64,000 bases of DNA from Eledone cirrhosa (taxonomy: Eukaryota). Each line of letters begins with the position of its first letter. Positions within the stretch are counted from its first letter, which is position 1. Location of the stretch: contig OZ024750.1 of assembly GCA_964016885.1 (NCBI GenBank), positions 30,442,001 through 30,506,000 on the forward strand, given 5' to 3'. The translations under genes were made by a program, and so were the position numbers. This document shows, piece by piece, positions 40,301-52,539 of this stretch. The notes under the pieces were generated by a model that did not search any database, was not told the origin of the DNA, and saw nothing but the letters and a program-made list of their open reading frames with translations.

Positions 40301-43300
40301 CTTGCCTCAAGTGGGATAATTCCCGTCTAAACCCATGCTAGCGTGGAAGATAGATGTTAAACGATGATGATGATATATAATGGGATTCTGCAGTTTCTAT
40401 CTACCAAATTTCCCTAAAAAGGCATTGATTAACCTGAGACTAGAGTAGAAGATACTTGCCCAAGGTGCCAGGCAATGAACTTGAAGTCATGTAAAGAAGT
40501 TACAGAGTGAACTCCTTAACTGCATAACCATGCCTGTGTCTATATACTATTATATAAACATATATATACATGGCTTAGTGGTTAGAGCATTGGCCTTGCA
40601 ATCGAAAGGTTGTGAGTTCAATTCTCAGACCGGGTGATGTGTTGTTTCCTTGAGCAAGACACTTTATTTCACATTGCTCCAGTTTACTCAGCTGTAGAAA
40701 TGAGATGATAGGGACTGGGGTCCCTATCATTCCACTGCAAAGTGGTCGTGGAGGTGCCACGGCAAAAAAGCACCCAGCACTCACTGTAAATGAGGTTGGT
40801 GTTAGGAAGGGCATCCACTGTAGAAATCAAGCCAGAATCAGTTCCCGTCTCATCCTTGCAAGCAGGGAAAAGTGGACGTAAAATGAAATGATGATATATA
40901 TATATATATCGTAACACTGTACTATGTACATGTAACAAACAACAGCTGAGTAGAGAAATAAAGAACAAACCTCATCCTCTGCAAGTTTGGGTTTTAAAAC
41001 CACTTCTGATAGAATTTCAATAACTGATGAAAGACTGGCAGTTTTAGCTGACATTGCATATATTAGTGTGTCTCTGAAATAACAAGGTTTACACATAAAT
41101 ACACATTTCATAAACAATTGTTTTTCTTACAGTAAATGTTTTACACAGAGATATATATTGCATAAACAATTGTTCTTCTTAATATTTTACACAGATATAT
41201 ACTTCATAAACAAACCTTTGTTCCTACAGTTAATGTTATAATATAAAGTGGTTAGCATTAGAAAGGGCATCCAGCTGTAGAAACCAGGCTCTCAGTACAC
41301 ACTGTGGTTAGCATTAGGAAGGGCATTCAGCTATAGAAACCAGGCTCTCAGTACACACTGTAAAGTGGTTAGCATTAGAAAGGGCATCCAGCTGTAGAAA
41401 CCAGGCTCTCAGTACACACTGTAAAGTGGTTGGAATTAGGAAGGGCATCCAGCTGTAGAAACCAGGCTCTCAGTACACACTGTAAAGTGGTTAGCATTAG
41501 GAAGGGCATTCAGCTGTAGAAACCATGCCAAATAAAAGATATGGCTAAGACATGGTCATATGGACTGGCTTGTCTCTTGTCCCAGAATGTGATGATCCAT
41601 CCAACTAATGCTAGCATGGTAAATGATATGAAACGGTGACAATGATGTTAATGATATTTTTGTTTCATGGTCCCATCAGACTGAATTGTGAATGCATTAC
41701 CAGTGAGGATGGCAAGAGGGGTGTGCAGAAACATGAAGTTTCCAAGTTTCATGATGCATTCATGCATACATACAGTATGGTTGAATGGTTAAAAAGTTTG
41801 ACTGGTTATCAACTGGTTACTGCTAGCAACAGCAGGTTACCGTCAGCAACAGCTGGTTACCATTAGCAAGAGCAAGTTACCATTAGCAACAAGTGGTTAC
41901 CATTAGCAACTTACCTAGAACCTTGACAATCACTGATTCCTCCATGTTTCTCAAGTTCCTGCAGAATATCGTCTCGGTTCATGAATTTGGCAGTTGACTA
42001 GAAAACAACAAGAAGAGAAGTGTAGACATGGGGAGCAGCGGTGGCTGTGTGGTTAGGGCTTCACTTCACGACCATGTTGTTTTGGGTTCTGTGTAGCCAT
42101 GATCAGGACTGAGATTCAGTCCTCAAACATGGCCCAGCACTTCTATTGGTAGTGGGTATCCTCACATCTTAGCCCAAATCACTGTTACTTGAGAGTATCT
42201 AGTTGACCCTACTTACCATGTCATGCCCCTCATCCACAATCACCTCCCTTTTCGTCTCACCTACCTACCCACCACCCCACCATAAAATCAAACACACATT
42301 CCATGGACCCCCCCCCCCCACACACACACACTTCAAGCACACCCATATCTTTGTAACCTCTGGGTTCACAGCTCCTCTCCCAACACCTCCCACTCTACAA
42401 CAGCCACTGGACCCAACAGCCACACCTTTCACACTCTAACCTTATCTACTGCCTAACATGCTTGTTAAGCTTTGCCCTTTACATTGACCAGACTGGGCAC
42501 CAGTTGGCTCATTGCTTCACCAAGTGCCCCTATAATTTCCCCATCTCCTGGCACTTTTAGTCTCCCACACATTCCACCACCAACTTAAGTATGTTAGGAG
42601 TCTGTCACCCCCAGGGGTTAACCAATACAGACTAAAGTGTGAGCAACTATTAATTTACCTGTAACACACCTCCAGCCCACCTGGATTGAACTCACCACCC
42701 AAGTTTCCCTAAACTCCCTACCAACCACACATTTCACAGATCTAACTTAACACTAACAACTATTGTTTACTTCTCTTCCTTACTTTACTTAGCTCCCTTT
42801 ATCCTCACACTTCACTCACTCCCACCACCTCACAACAACCACATTATATACACACTCCTACCACCTCACAACCTCATTATATACATACTCCTACCACCTC
42901 ACAACAACCACATTATATACACACTCCTACCACCTCACAACCTCATTATATACATACTCCTACCACCTCACAACAACCACATTATATACACGCACTTCTA
43001 CCTCATTATATATAGTCCTACCACCTCACAACCTCATTATATACACATACTCCTACCACCTCACAACCTCATTATATACACACTCCCACCACCTCACAAC
43101 AACCTCATTATATACACACACTCCTACCACCTCACAACCTCATTATATACACACACTCCTACCACCTCACAACCTCATTATATATAGTCCTACCACCTCA
43201 CAACCTCATTATATATAGTCCTACCACCTCACAACAACCTCATTATATACACATACTCCTACCACCTGACAACCTCATTATATACACACTCCTACCACCT

Positions 43301-45349
43301 CACAACAACCTAATTATATATACACTCCTACCACCTCACAACAACCTCATTATATATAGTCCTACCACCTCACAACAACCTCATTATATACATACTCCTA
43401 CCACCTCACAACAACCACATTATATACACACACTCCTACCACCTCACAACAACCACATTATATACACACACTCCTACCACCTCACAACAACCACATTATA
43501 TACACACACTCCTACCACCTCACAACCACATTATATACACACACTCCTACCACCTCACAACAACCACATTATATACACATACTCCTACCACCTCACAACA
43601 ACCACATTATATACACACACTCCTACCACCTCACAACAACCACATTTTATACATACACTCCTACCACCTCACAACAACCTCATTATATACACACACTCCT
43701 ACCACCTCACAACAACCACATTTTATACATACACTCCTACCACCTCACAACAACCACATTATATACACACACTCCTACCACCTCACAACAACCACATTTT
43801 ATACATACACTCCTACCACCTCACAACAACCTCATTATATACACACACTCCTACCACCTCACAACAACCACATTTTATACATACACTCCTACCACCTCAC
43901 AACAACCACATTATATACACACACTCCTACCACCTCACAACAACCACATTTTATACATACACTCCTACCACCTCACAACAACCACATTCTATACACACAC
44001 TCCTACCACCTCACAACAACCACATTTTATACATACACTCCTACCACCTCACAACAACCACATTATATACACACACTCCTACCACCTCACAACAACCACA
44101 TTTTATACATACACTCCTACCACCTCACAACAACCACATTATATACACACACTCCTACCACCTCACAACAACCACATTTTATACATACACTCCTACCACC
44201 TCACAACAACCACATTATATACACACACTCCTACCACCTCACAACAACCACATTTTATACATACACTCCTACCACCTCACAACAACCACATTTTATACAC
44301 ACACTCCTACCACCTCACAACAACCACATTTTATACATACACTCCTACCACCTCACAACAACCACATTATATACACATGTTAACTCTTTCCTTGTTTTTC
44401 TACTTATTCCTGACTTTGCTACATATTCTCTTCCTCTTTCTACCATTTGATGAAGGGCTTGGACTGAAACGTTATACATTGACATTTTTTAAAAAACCCT
44501 GTAGCGTTTAAACCGGCTGTATTCGGCCAGAACTCTCTCGCTGTTCAAACCAGCTGTAACTGACCGCTCATACCTACATTAAGGTATTGTTCTCAAAATA
44601 AATAACATCAAAATCTTGTACAACCAGTATTATGTGGGATAATTATGTAAGATAAAGCTTTTACTGTGAAAATACAATAGTATATATAGAAGAATGTAAA
44701 TGCTAAAGGGTTAAACTAATGTTCTCAATTTTTACTGTATTCTGTTTCCAGTTTTGTTTTCTGTCTCTTTGCTCACTGTAAATGTGGTTGGCATTAGGAA
44801 AAGCATCCAGCCGTAGAAACCAAACCAGAAACAGTTCTATATGATCACCCGATCTGACTTGTCTCATAATGCCAGGACAATTCGTCTAACCTATGCTAGC
44901 TTATTGAATCTTCTCTGGATTTTAGTCATTGTATTTATCATTACTACTATATATATATATATATATATATAGGAAGACCTGGGATGAGGTGATGAAAGCT
45001 GACCTTGCCAATTGCACCTCTCATAGGAGATGACACATGACCGGGATCTCTGGCGATATGCAGTAATACAGAAGACCCAACTTCCCATGAACACAAGCTG
45101 AAGCATATGTACAGTATGCACCCCCCCCCTCCAGCCTACACTGTAAAGTGAACATGTAAAAGACACAGCAAAAAGCACCCAGCCCACACTGTAAATGTGG
45201 TTGGCGTTAGGAAGGGCATCCAGCCGTAGAAAACCAGCCAGAAACACCCCTATACGAGCGAGACACGGTCACCCAACACAACTTGCCTCAAAATAGGAAC
45301 CGTCTAACCCATGTTAGCGTGGAAGATGGACGTTAATCGATGGTGATGA

Positions 45350-45407
<58 letters not shown>

Positions 45408-46608
45408 AAGGCGGGTAAAATTCCCGAGATCCATGGACGAGTTCTCTCCAGCGGTCTCTGTCCCTCATTATCGCTGCCATGTCCTGCGTCTCCAACAGAC
45501 CAGTGTCTGTCCTTAGGGCATCAACATACGTTAACCTTGGTCTTCCTCTTCTAGTGTGTCCATGTAGGGGCTCCCACAGGAGCACTGAGTGCAATGTCAA
45601 CTCTGGATGTCGGTGAGCATGTCCAGCTAACCTCAGTCTCCTCTGTCACTTTTGAAAAACTTCGATATGCGATAAACATAACTTGTACATAAATTATAGC
45701 GCATATATAAATAGATGTGTGTTTTGGTAGTTTCTGGTAGTTTCTAGAGAAAAATATAATTATCATATGGGGACCAACACCAAGCAGTTTCTGCTTCAAC
45801 AAGACGAAACTGCTTAGTGCCACGGTTGGGATTTTACATATCTCTATACCCACTCTGCATCTCCCCATGCATTGGATACTCCCATGATTAGTGGTCTCCC
45901 CGGTCTCAGCACCGCAAACACTCTCTCTCTCTCTCGCATATATATATATAAAGGTGTCGGAACCTCGATGGCTGTGCTTCTGCCGTTTCAACAGCTTTGA
46001 AGCGGCAGGATATTACCATACTCTACAACTCCAAGTATCGAGTACTCTAATGAGTAATGGTCTAACAGGTTTTTCCTGCATCCATCTGATTTATCATTTT
46101 ACGTCCGCTTTTTCCCTGCTTGCAAGGGTGGGACGGGAACTGATTCTGGCTTGATTTCTACAGCTGGATGCCCTTTTTAACACCAACCTCATTTACAGTG
46201 AGTGCTGGGTGCTTTTTTGCCGTGGCACCTCCACGACCACTTTGCAGTGGAATGATAGGGACCCCAGTCCGCATCATCTCATTTCTACAGCTGAGTAAAC
46301 TGGAGCAATGTGAAATAAAGTGTCTTGCTCAAGGAAACAACACGGTCTGAGAATTGAACTCACAACCTTTCGATTGCAAGGCTAATGCTCTAACCACTAA
46401 GCCATGTGCCTCCATATATATATATCAAAATGGTTATATAGGAAAATAGAAATAGAAACATAGATAAAGTATTTGAAAACAGAACAAACCATAAAGGCCA
46501 TTTTCTCTGTAAAATGTGAGATGCCACTTGGGTAAGCCACTTCATATCGTGAACCAGAGTTTATAACCACTGAAGAACAAAACATAAAATAGAAACAGAA
46601 TTACAATG

Positions 46609-46656
<48 letters not shown>

Positions 46657-49600
46657 ATATATATGTGTATGTATACGTGTTTCATCTCATGGATAATATA
46701 AGTAACATCTGTCAACTGTATGTATTTATTTCTCTAGGTCCACAGGAAGAGGCTGTACCTATTATTTTTGTAGGACCTTCAAAATTGATGAGATCTCAAC
46801 TACATGTATTTATTTTTCCTCTAGGTTCACAGGAAGAGGCTGTACCCATGATATTTGCTGGCCCCTCAAACTGATGGGATTTATGCTGTTGATGTTCAAT
46901 TTAAATTGTTGTAGATAAGCTCTGGTTGGAGAACGTCTAGTGAGATATTTCCAGTAGACATCTGTTGACCATATATATAGGCAACATCTAGGAAACATAT
47001 ATATAGAAAACATGTCAGCACCACCCTTTTACATCCATTTTCCACACAAGCATGGGTTAGACGAGTTGTCCTGTTGTGGGTAATGCTAGATCACATGACC
47101 ACGTCTTGCTCATACAGAACTGATTTTGGCTTGGTTTCTACAGCTGGATGCCTTTCCTAACACCAACCTCATTTAGTGGTGCTTTTTGTTGTGATACCTA
47201 CATGATCACTTTACAGTGAGAGGGGGGCATACTGTGTATGTGCTTCAGCTTCGGCCTGTACTCGTGGGAAGTTGGGTCTTCTGTATTACTGTGTAATGTC
47301 AGAGATCTTGGTCCTGTGTCATCTCATCGCCTTTGAGAAGTGTAATTAAGCAAGGTGAGCTTTTATCACCCCATCCCAAGTCTTCCTGGGTATCCCCACT
47401 CCAAGGCTTCCATCGACTTTGAGCACTCTGCACTTTTTTATGCAGCTGTCAGCTTTCATATGCATCACATGTCCATACTAACGTAATCTCCTCTCCTGCA
47501 CACAACATTTGACTCCTCTTTTGCCTAGTTTCTCTTAGTTCGTTTATGCTTTGCTGTTCACATATGTTACTATTACACATCCATTGGAGCATACAAGGTT
47601 CATTTCTTTCCAATTTACGCAAGTCTTCTGCACACAGTGCCCAGGTCCCACTACCATGCAACATTGCTGTTCGTATGCAGTGTGCCTTTCATTTTTAGGG
47701 AAAAGCCTTTTGTAGCTAACAGTAGTAACTATAGGAAACATTTGTTGATCATATGTACAGGAAACATCTGGTGACCATATGTAGAGATAACAAATCGACC
47801 ATATATATAGACAAGTTGATCATACATATAGGAAACATCTGTTGATCATGTGTATAGGCAACATCTAGCGACCATATATATATAGGCAATATCTAGTGAC
47901 CATATGTTTAGGCAACATCTGTTGACCTTATGTATAGGCAACAATGTCAACAACTTGATACAAATTAAGATGTGCATCTAGTTGTAAAACACTTAGCTTG
48001 AGGGTGTCACAAAAATGCATTCAGCAAAGAGATTCGCATTAGGAAGGGCATCTAGCCATAGAATTAATGCCATAAAAGAGTAGAGAAGACTCCACAGTTG
48101 TCGTCAAGGACACGACAACCTTTCTAGTACTGCTGCCATGGAAAATGCACCCAGTACACTCTGTAAAGTGATTGACAATAGGAAGGGCATCTAGCCATAG
48201 ATATTTTATTTTTAAATTAATAAAATGTGTTAATACTTACCCCCAACTGTACAAAATTGACCAAATTTATCTTGAGATGCAACCCTCAAGCCATTGGGCA
48301 GGACTGATACTTTGGTCTCTTGTTTGTCATCAGATACCTTAGCATATTGACCTACTGCAATATGGGGTACAGATGACGATAAGGGGATTGTTAAAATATC
48401 TTGTAATTTGTTGGACTGGGAAGAACATGACCTGAAAGAAGAAACACACAAAAAAAAACTCATCATTTTTATCATCATCATCGTTATCATCATTGTCACC
48501 CTCACCACTACTACCACCATCATCACTCAATCTATTCCCATCACTTCCATGCTTCCACAACTCATGAGCCAATCATCTCATTTTATTTCCCTTCACAACA
48601 TCCTGGCCCCTTAAATAACAGGTACAGACAATCTGGTGGGCTTCCAAACAGTTTCTGTCTACCCAGTTTCACTCACAAAGCATGAGTCAACCCAAGGCTA
48701 GGGTAAATGACACTTGCCCAAGATGTCACACTGTGGGATTGAACCAGGGACCTTATGATTGTGAAGCTAACTCCCTAAACATCCAGCCTTGATACCTCTA
48801 CATTTTCATAACACAACAGGTTAGAGCCAAACTCTGTACCCTCGACAAGATGGTGAATGGAAGTAAATCAGACTTAGGGGAAAAAGTATAATCCTTTAGA
48901 TACCAACCCGTCCAAAACGACTCATTTTAAAGGGTTTATATTTAAAGTAAAATCTTCCAACATAATTTTAGATAAGAACCATATATCAAGCTACTAAGTA
49001 AAGAAATAATTCATAATTTTAATATCCATAAACATTCTTCAATAGTTAATTAATATAGTGTATTTCATTAGAAATGCGGTCGTGAAAAGGTTAAACATGG
49101 ATAAATTCGATCTTTATCAATACAAAATTCCACTCTTTTAAATAAATTACCTTTTTAATTGTATTTATATAAAACGTGACTATTTTTTGTCCCGGATACG
49201 GCTAGACAGCATGAATAAAAACAAGAACATTTTATTACTTGTTTCCCCTATTCCACTAGTGACCTTGAGAAAGGCATATCAGGCACAACTTCACATTTTT
49301 CCTTGGCATAATTTTGAAACTTTGTAACCCCTTATTAAAATATAATTACATTCAATATCAGTGGATTATGGCAGGTTTTAACGATATATTTAAGACGTAA
49401 TTAAAAACATGAACTAATTGAAATAAATAAACAGTAGTACCTTTCATTTTGATAATGGAATAATGGAGAAATATAGATTATAAATCGATAGATTTATTTT
49501 GAATTGTTGCTCGTTCATTTTAACATTAGAGGACTAAAGAAGATGAAAAAACGGGGGCGATGACAGGTGCCCGACAAATAGGAATAGTGGTGTTGCCCTT

Positions 49601-50487
49601 TAAACATTTTTTAAGGTAAACCAAAGACAATCACATCAGCGTGGGTGATAGCGGTGCTAAGGCGCTAGAATAGCCAAGTACTCTTACAAACATCACATGG
49701 TATTTCGGTAAGGTGAGAAGACACCAAGAATGACAAAAACGTTGTTTCCAATGGACTAGCTCCCGCCAAACGCACCAGAATGAGTTTACCGATAAATGAC
49801 GGTAATTCAGAGGTTTATTTAGCTTAGCAAAGGATGCATTGACTCCTCAACCTTCGCCATAGAATTTAAGATGTTTGGAGGGATAGAATCCCTGACGACG
49901 CCAATAACATACGTGTTGAAGTACCAATGCGGTCACTCGACCCGTTAGAAACAGTAGCAAAATCTTCTCAAATCACACCTTAGTATTAAAAAAAGACGGG
50001 ATGGTTACGGCTCCAACCCCTCCTATCATATATCTGCCCAGAGTTAACCAGGGGTTAAACATCAGCATCAAACACGAGAGCCTCTACACAGTCGCTTTAC
50101 ATGCAAGAAATAGCAGCCAAATATTCTTGAAACCATTTCACCATACCGTCTTAAATAATGAAGGACACATTGAACGATGTAGTCCCTGACATATAAACAA
50201 AAATAATAATAAGATGAGATGGTCACGCTCGGAATGTCTTTAATCATAGATCCATTGAAATAGAGCTGACATTGAGTTAAACAACAACACAACTACAACA
50301 TCGGAACTCACAGAAATTTAGTTATAAAATAAAAAATAAATAAGATGTGAAATATATACATGCATGTATGTATATATAGGTATATTTATAAAGGTATACA
50401 TATTGAGAAAATATATTAATCTTACCTAAAAAATGACCAAGGTGGAGTGAATTTTGTAGCTAAGAGATAAGCATGCTTCGCAGCCAT
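26893..50487 (-). CDS. PMPCA: Mitochondrial-processing peptidase subunit alpha (M16B family), complete 12-exon CDS span, 523 aa
   Basis: Twelve exons with AG/GT boundaries and consistent phases sum to 1572 nt. The protein has an acid-free N-terminal presequence, LPNGLRVAS, the inactive HFTEK variant of HxxEH, the Gly-rich loop [20 protein letters not shown], and [23 protein letters not shown]. Confidence 0.96.
27820..28200 (-). mobile_element. CORE-type SINE, long-tail variant
   Basis: Reverse complement of the family at 34059-34565. Confidence 0.85.
28981..29559. mobile_element. piggyBac-like MITE family A with internal 70 bp x6 tandem expansion
   Basis: TTAACCCTTTAACATTTA start. Units begin at 29131, 29201, 29271, 29341, 29411 and 29481. 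Confidence 0.8.
30195..30339 (-). CDS. PMPCA: PMPCA exon 11 (absent from ORF track)
   Basis: ttttctag and gtaagt boundaries. Encodes [48 protein letters not shown]. Confidence 0.96.
31358..31660 (+). mobile_element. tRNA/CORE-headed SINE with a different 3' half
   Basis: Same head (TGGCTTAGTGGTTAGAGC...TTGAGCAAGACAC), diverging after about 31480. Confidence 0.7.
31750..32687 (+). mobile_element. Degenerate RTE LINE 3' part with (GAT)n tail, ending 26 bp from the exon 10 donor
   Basis: [36 protein letters not shown] and YGHVMRME...GRPRKTW...DRDKWR. Confidence 0.85.
32713..32775 (-). CDS. PMPCA: PMPCA exon 10
   Basis: tttccag and gtaagg boundaries. Encodes [21 protein letters not shown]. Confidence 0.93.
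32817..33456. repeat. 31 bp minisatellite, about 20 copies
   Basis: Unit GTCTGAATAACACTACAGTGAGTGTAGCTA(T/G). Confidence 0.95.
33594..33684 (-). CDS. PMPCA: PMPCA exon 9 (absent from ORF track)
   Basis: ttttatag and gtaaga boundaries. Encodes [30 protein letters not shown]. Confidence 0.96.
33759..33945. mobile_element. piggyBac-like MITE family A
   Basis: TTAACCCTTTAGCATTTA / TAAATGCTAAAGGGTTAA termini. Confidence 0.75.
34059..34565 (+). mobile_element. CORE-type SINE with triplicated internal segment
   Basis: A/B boxes, CORE-like block, three GCACCCAGC.CACACTGTAAA units, and a (GAT)n tail. Confidence 0.88.
35612..35823 (-). CDS. PMPCA: PMPCA exon 8 (glycine-rich loop)
   Basis: tttcag and gtaagt boundaries. 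Encodes [17 protein letters not shown]...[27 protein letters not shown]. Confidence 0.97.
36360..36552 (-). mobile_element. Nin-domain SINE
   Basis: Reverse complement of GCCTTTCATCCTT..GG.GTCGATAAAATAAAGTACC, with GAGTTCAAAT B box. Confidence 0.8.
36860..37556. repeat. Compound GT/AT microsatellite
   Basis: Seen directly. Confidence 0.9.
37739..38017 (-). CDS. PMPCA: PMPCA exon 7
   Basis: tttacag and gtaagt boundaries. Encodes [15 protein letters not shown]...[17 protein letters not shown]...AQYTGSLVK. Confidence 0.95.
38695..38787 (-). CDS. PMPCA: PMPCA exon 6
   Basis: atttcag and gtaagt boundaries. Encodes [31 protein letters not shown]. Confidence 0.95.
38845..39290. repeat. 43 bp minisatellite, about 10 copies
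   Basis: Unit TGATGTATCATAAACAGTAACAAGATCCATAGAGTGGCATTTA. Confidence 0.9.
40569..40895 (+). mobile_element. tRNA-derived CORE-type SINE, near full length
   Basis: TGGCTTAGTGG A box, GTGAGTTCAATTC B box, CCTTGAGCAAGACACTT, and tail GGACGTAAAATGAAATGATGAT. Confidence 0.9.
40971..41073 (-). CDS. PMPCA: PMPCA exon 5
   Basis: atttcag and gtttgt boundaries. Encodes [34 protein letters not shown]. Confidence 0.93.
41244..41530. repeat. About 61 bp tandem repeat of a SINE/RTE tail segment, 4-5 copies
   Basis: CATTAGGAAGGGCATCCAGCTGTAGAAACC recurs in each unit. Confidence 0.85.
41915..41997 (-). CDS. PMPCA: PMPCA exon 4 (absent from ORF track)
   Basis: ttttctag and gtaagt boundaries. Encodes [28 protein letters not shown]. 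Confidence 0.95.
42820..44377. repeat. About 38 bp G-poor minisatellite, about 40 copies
   Basis: Unit CTCCTACCACCTCACAACAACCACATTATATACACACA. Confidence 0.95.
44495..44714. mobile_element. piggyBac-like MITE family A
   Basis: AACCCTGTAGCGTTTA...TAAATGCTAAAGGGTTAA termini. Confidence 0.7.
45352..45652 (-). mobile_element. RTE-X-like LINE 3' fragment ending in (TA)n
   Basis: [14 protein letters not shown]...[24 protein letters not shown]...[11 protein letters not shown]. Confidence 0.72.
46093..46414 (-). mobile_element. tRNA-derived CORE-type SINE, full length
   Basis: Near-identical reverse complement of 40569-40895. Confidence 0.9.
46490..46569 (-). CDS. PMPCA: PMPCA exon 3
   Basis: cag and gtttgt boundaries. 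Encodes [26 protein letters not shown]. Confidence 0.95.
47020..47725 (-). mobile_element. Degenerate RTE LINE 3' part and tail
   Basis: [22 protein letters not shown] plus the RTE-type 3' UTR. Confidence 0.75.
48241..48431 (-). CDS. PMPCA: PMPCA exon 2
   Basis: ttctttcag acceptor and gtaagt donor. Encodes [26 protein letters not shown]. Confidence 0.95.
50426..50487 (-). CDS. PMPCA: PMPCA exon 1 ([21 protein letters not shown]), mitochondrial presequence
   Basis: ATG in ACCATGG context and an AG|gtaag donor. Phase 2 joins exon 2 in frame. No acidic residues. Confidence 0.8.
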
Positions 50488-50892
50488 GGTTGAAACTACC
50501 GTAAAGCACTCCGTGTCCTTGATAAGGTTTTACTTACTATCGTAAATAAAATAAAATAATAAAGTGAAAATATTATAAATCAAGTAATTTGTAATTAAAA
50601 AGATATTTAATTATCCATTATTTAATCACGAGATAATTTATTTCAGGCGATTATATCACTGTCGTTGTTTACTAGTACAGTAAACGAGAAGTGGATGTCT
50701 ATTGCTAGAAATAGAAGCTAAATCTTCTTCGAAACATACGCTACTTTCTTTAAAAAGAAAAAGAAAGGACACGTTAGAGAATGTAGTCTGGAAAGAAATC
50801 GAACGTCCTTGAGCTAAACAATCACTATAAAAAAACCTGTTATATAATATTTATTTGTGACGTTCGAATTAACTTTCAGCAGCAATACTTTG

Positions 50893-51750
50893 ACTCTGCC
50901 TTTCATCCTTACGGGGTCGATAAAATAAAGTACCAGTAATGCACTGAGTTATTGCTGGCCTTGTGCCAAAAGTAGAAACAATTATTTAAGTTACGTCCCT
51001 TTACAGTCTGAGTTCAAATCCCGCCGAGGTTAACTTTGCCTTTCATCCTTACGAGGTCGATAAAATAAAGTACCAGTAATGTACTGGATATTTGCTGGCC
51101 TTGTGCCTAAAAGTAGAAACAATTATTTAACTCGAACACCATGCTTCATGGCATAGAGTTATGTCCCTTTACGTTCTAACTTCAAATCCTGCCGAGGTTA
51201 GCTTTGCCTTTATTTCTTACGGGATTGATAAAATAAAATACCAGCAACACACTGGGGACAATTTAATCAACTTTCCCCTCTCTCCAAATTGCTGGCCTTT
51301 TACCTATAGTAGAAATCATTATTTAAAATTAAATTTGGGCGATGGATTATCAGTATTGGTAGAACATTGGACAGCATGCTTTTCGGCATAGAGTTACGCC
51401 CCTTTATGTTCTGAGTTCAAATCACAACAAGGTTATCTTTGCTTTTCATTCTTATGGTGTCAACAAAATAAAGTACGTCACTCACTGGGGTCAATTTAAT
51501 TGACTTACCCCTCCACCAAATTGCTGGCATTGTGCCTAATTCAGAAATCATTATTTAAAATGGATTGGCAGTATCGGTAGAGGGTCGGACGCCATGCTTT
51601 GACGCATACAGTTACGGTCCTTGCCATTCTGAGTTCAAATCCCGCCGAGGTTAACTTTGCCTTTCATCCTTATGGGGTCGATAAAATAAAGTACCAATAA
51701 TACACTGGGTAATTGCTGGCCTTGTGCCAAAAGTAGAAACAATTATTTAA
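50893..51750 (+). mobile_element. Five head-to-tail Nin-domain SINE copies
   Basis: GAGTTCAAATCCCGCCGAGG-GCCTTTCATCCTTACGGGGTCGATAAAATAAAGTACC-GGCCTTGTGCC-AGAAACAATTATTTAA recurs five times, and the first copy lacks the B box. Confidence 0.85.
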
Positions 51751-52015
51751 AATTAGCGAGCTATAGCTGTGAATAATAAATCTAAGGTCTCCACACTTCT
51801 TGCTGCTTAACTCCAGGTCAGATCAGTCCGAGAAGACCTTTGGTCAAAGACGTTCCACCTGCGGTCACTATATTTTTTAAGAGGGTAAGTTTGTTTTTCA
51901 CGGATACACTACTTAGCAATGTTAGCAATGCAAAACACTTCACATCTCTGATCATAACATTGCAAAACATTGGCAAACTTCTTGCTTTCAGATTCTTTAT
52001 GTGCTACATATACAG

Positions 52016-52170
<155 letters not shown>

Positions 52171-52446
52171 TAACTCATGTCTATAGAATTAATCAGATAT
52201 TAAAATATATACTATTTCTTCTTCTAATCAGCATAATTAACCATATACATAATCAAATCTAGCAAGCTTTAAGAATAAATTTTCTAACGGGGAAATCTCC
52301 GACAAATAACTGACCGCAGCTAGTTCGCGTTAACTCCGTTCACCATTTATCAAACATTTCGGCAGCATGCAGAATCCGATCAAATACACCGTCAACCGCA
52401 CGTAATTAGTAGTAAAATTAAACTTAGAAGAAATGCGCACATACCG

Positions 52447-52539
<93 letters not shown>

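Noticed and set aside
40569-40635. tRNA gene
   Set aside because: A and B boxes are present, but no full cloverleaf or T-run terminator is evident. It is the head of a multi-copy SINE.
49540-49920. CpG-richer stretch in PMPCA intron 1 as ncRNA, NUMT or exon
   Set aside because: No recognisable RNA motif or ORF. Consistent with promoter-proximal CpG retention.
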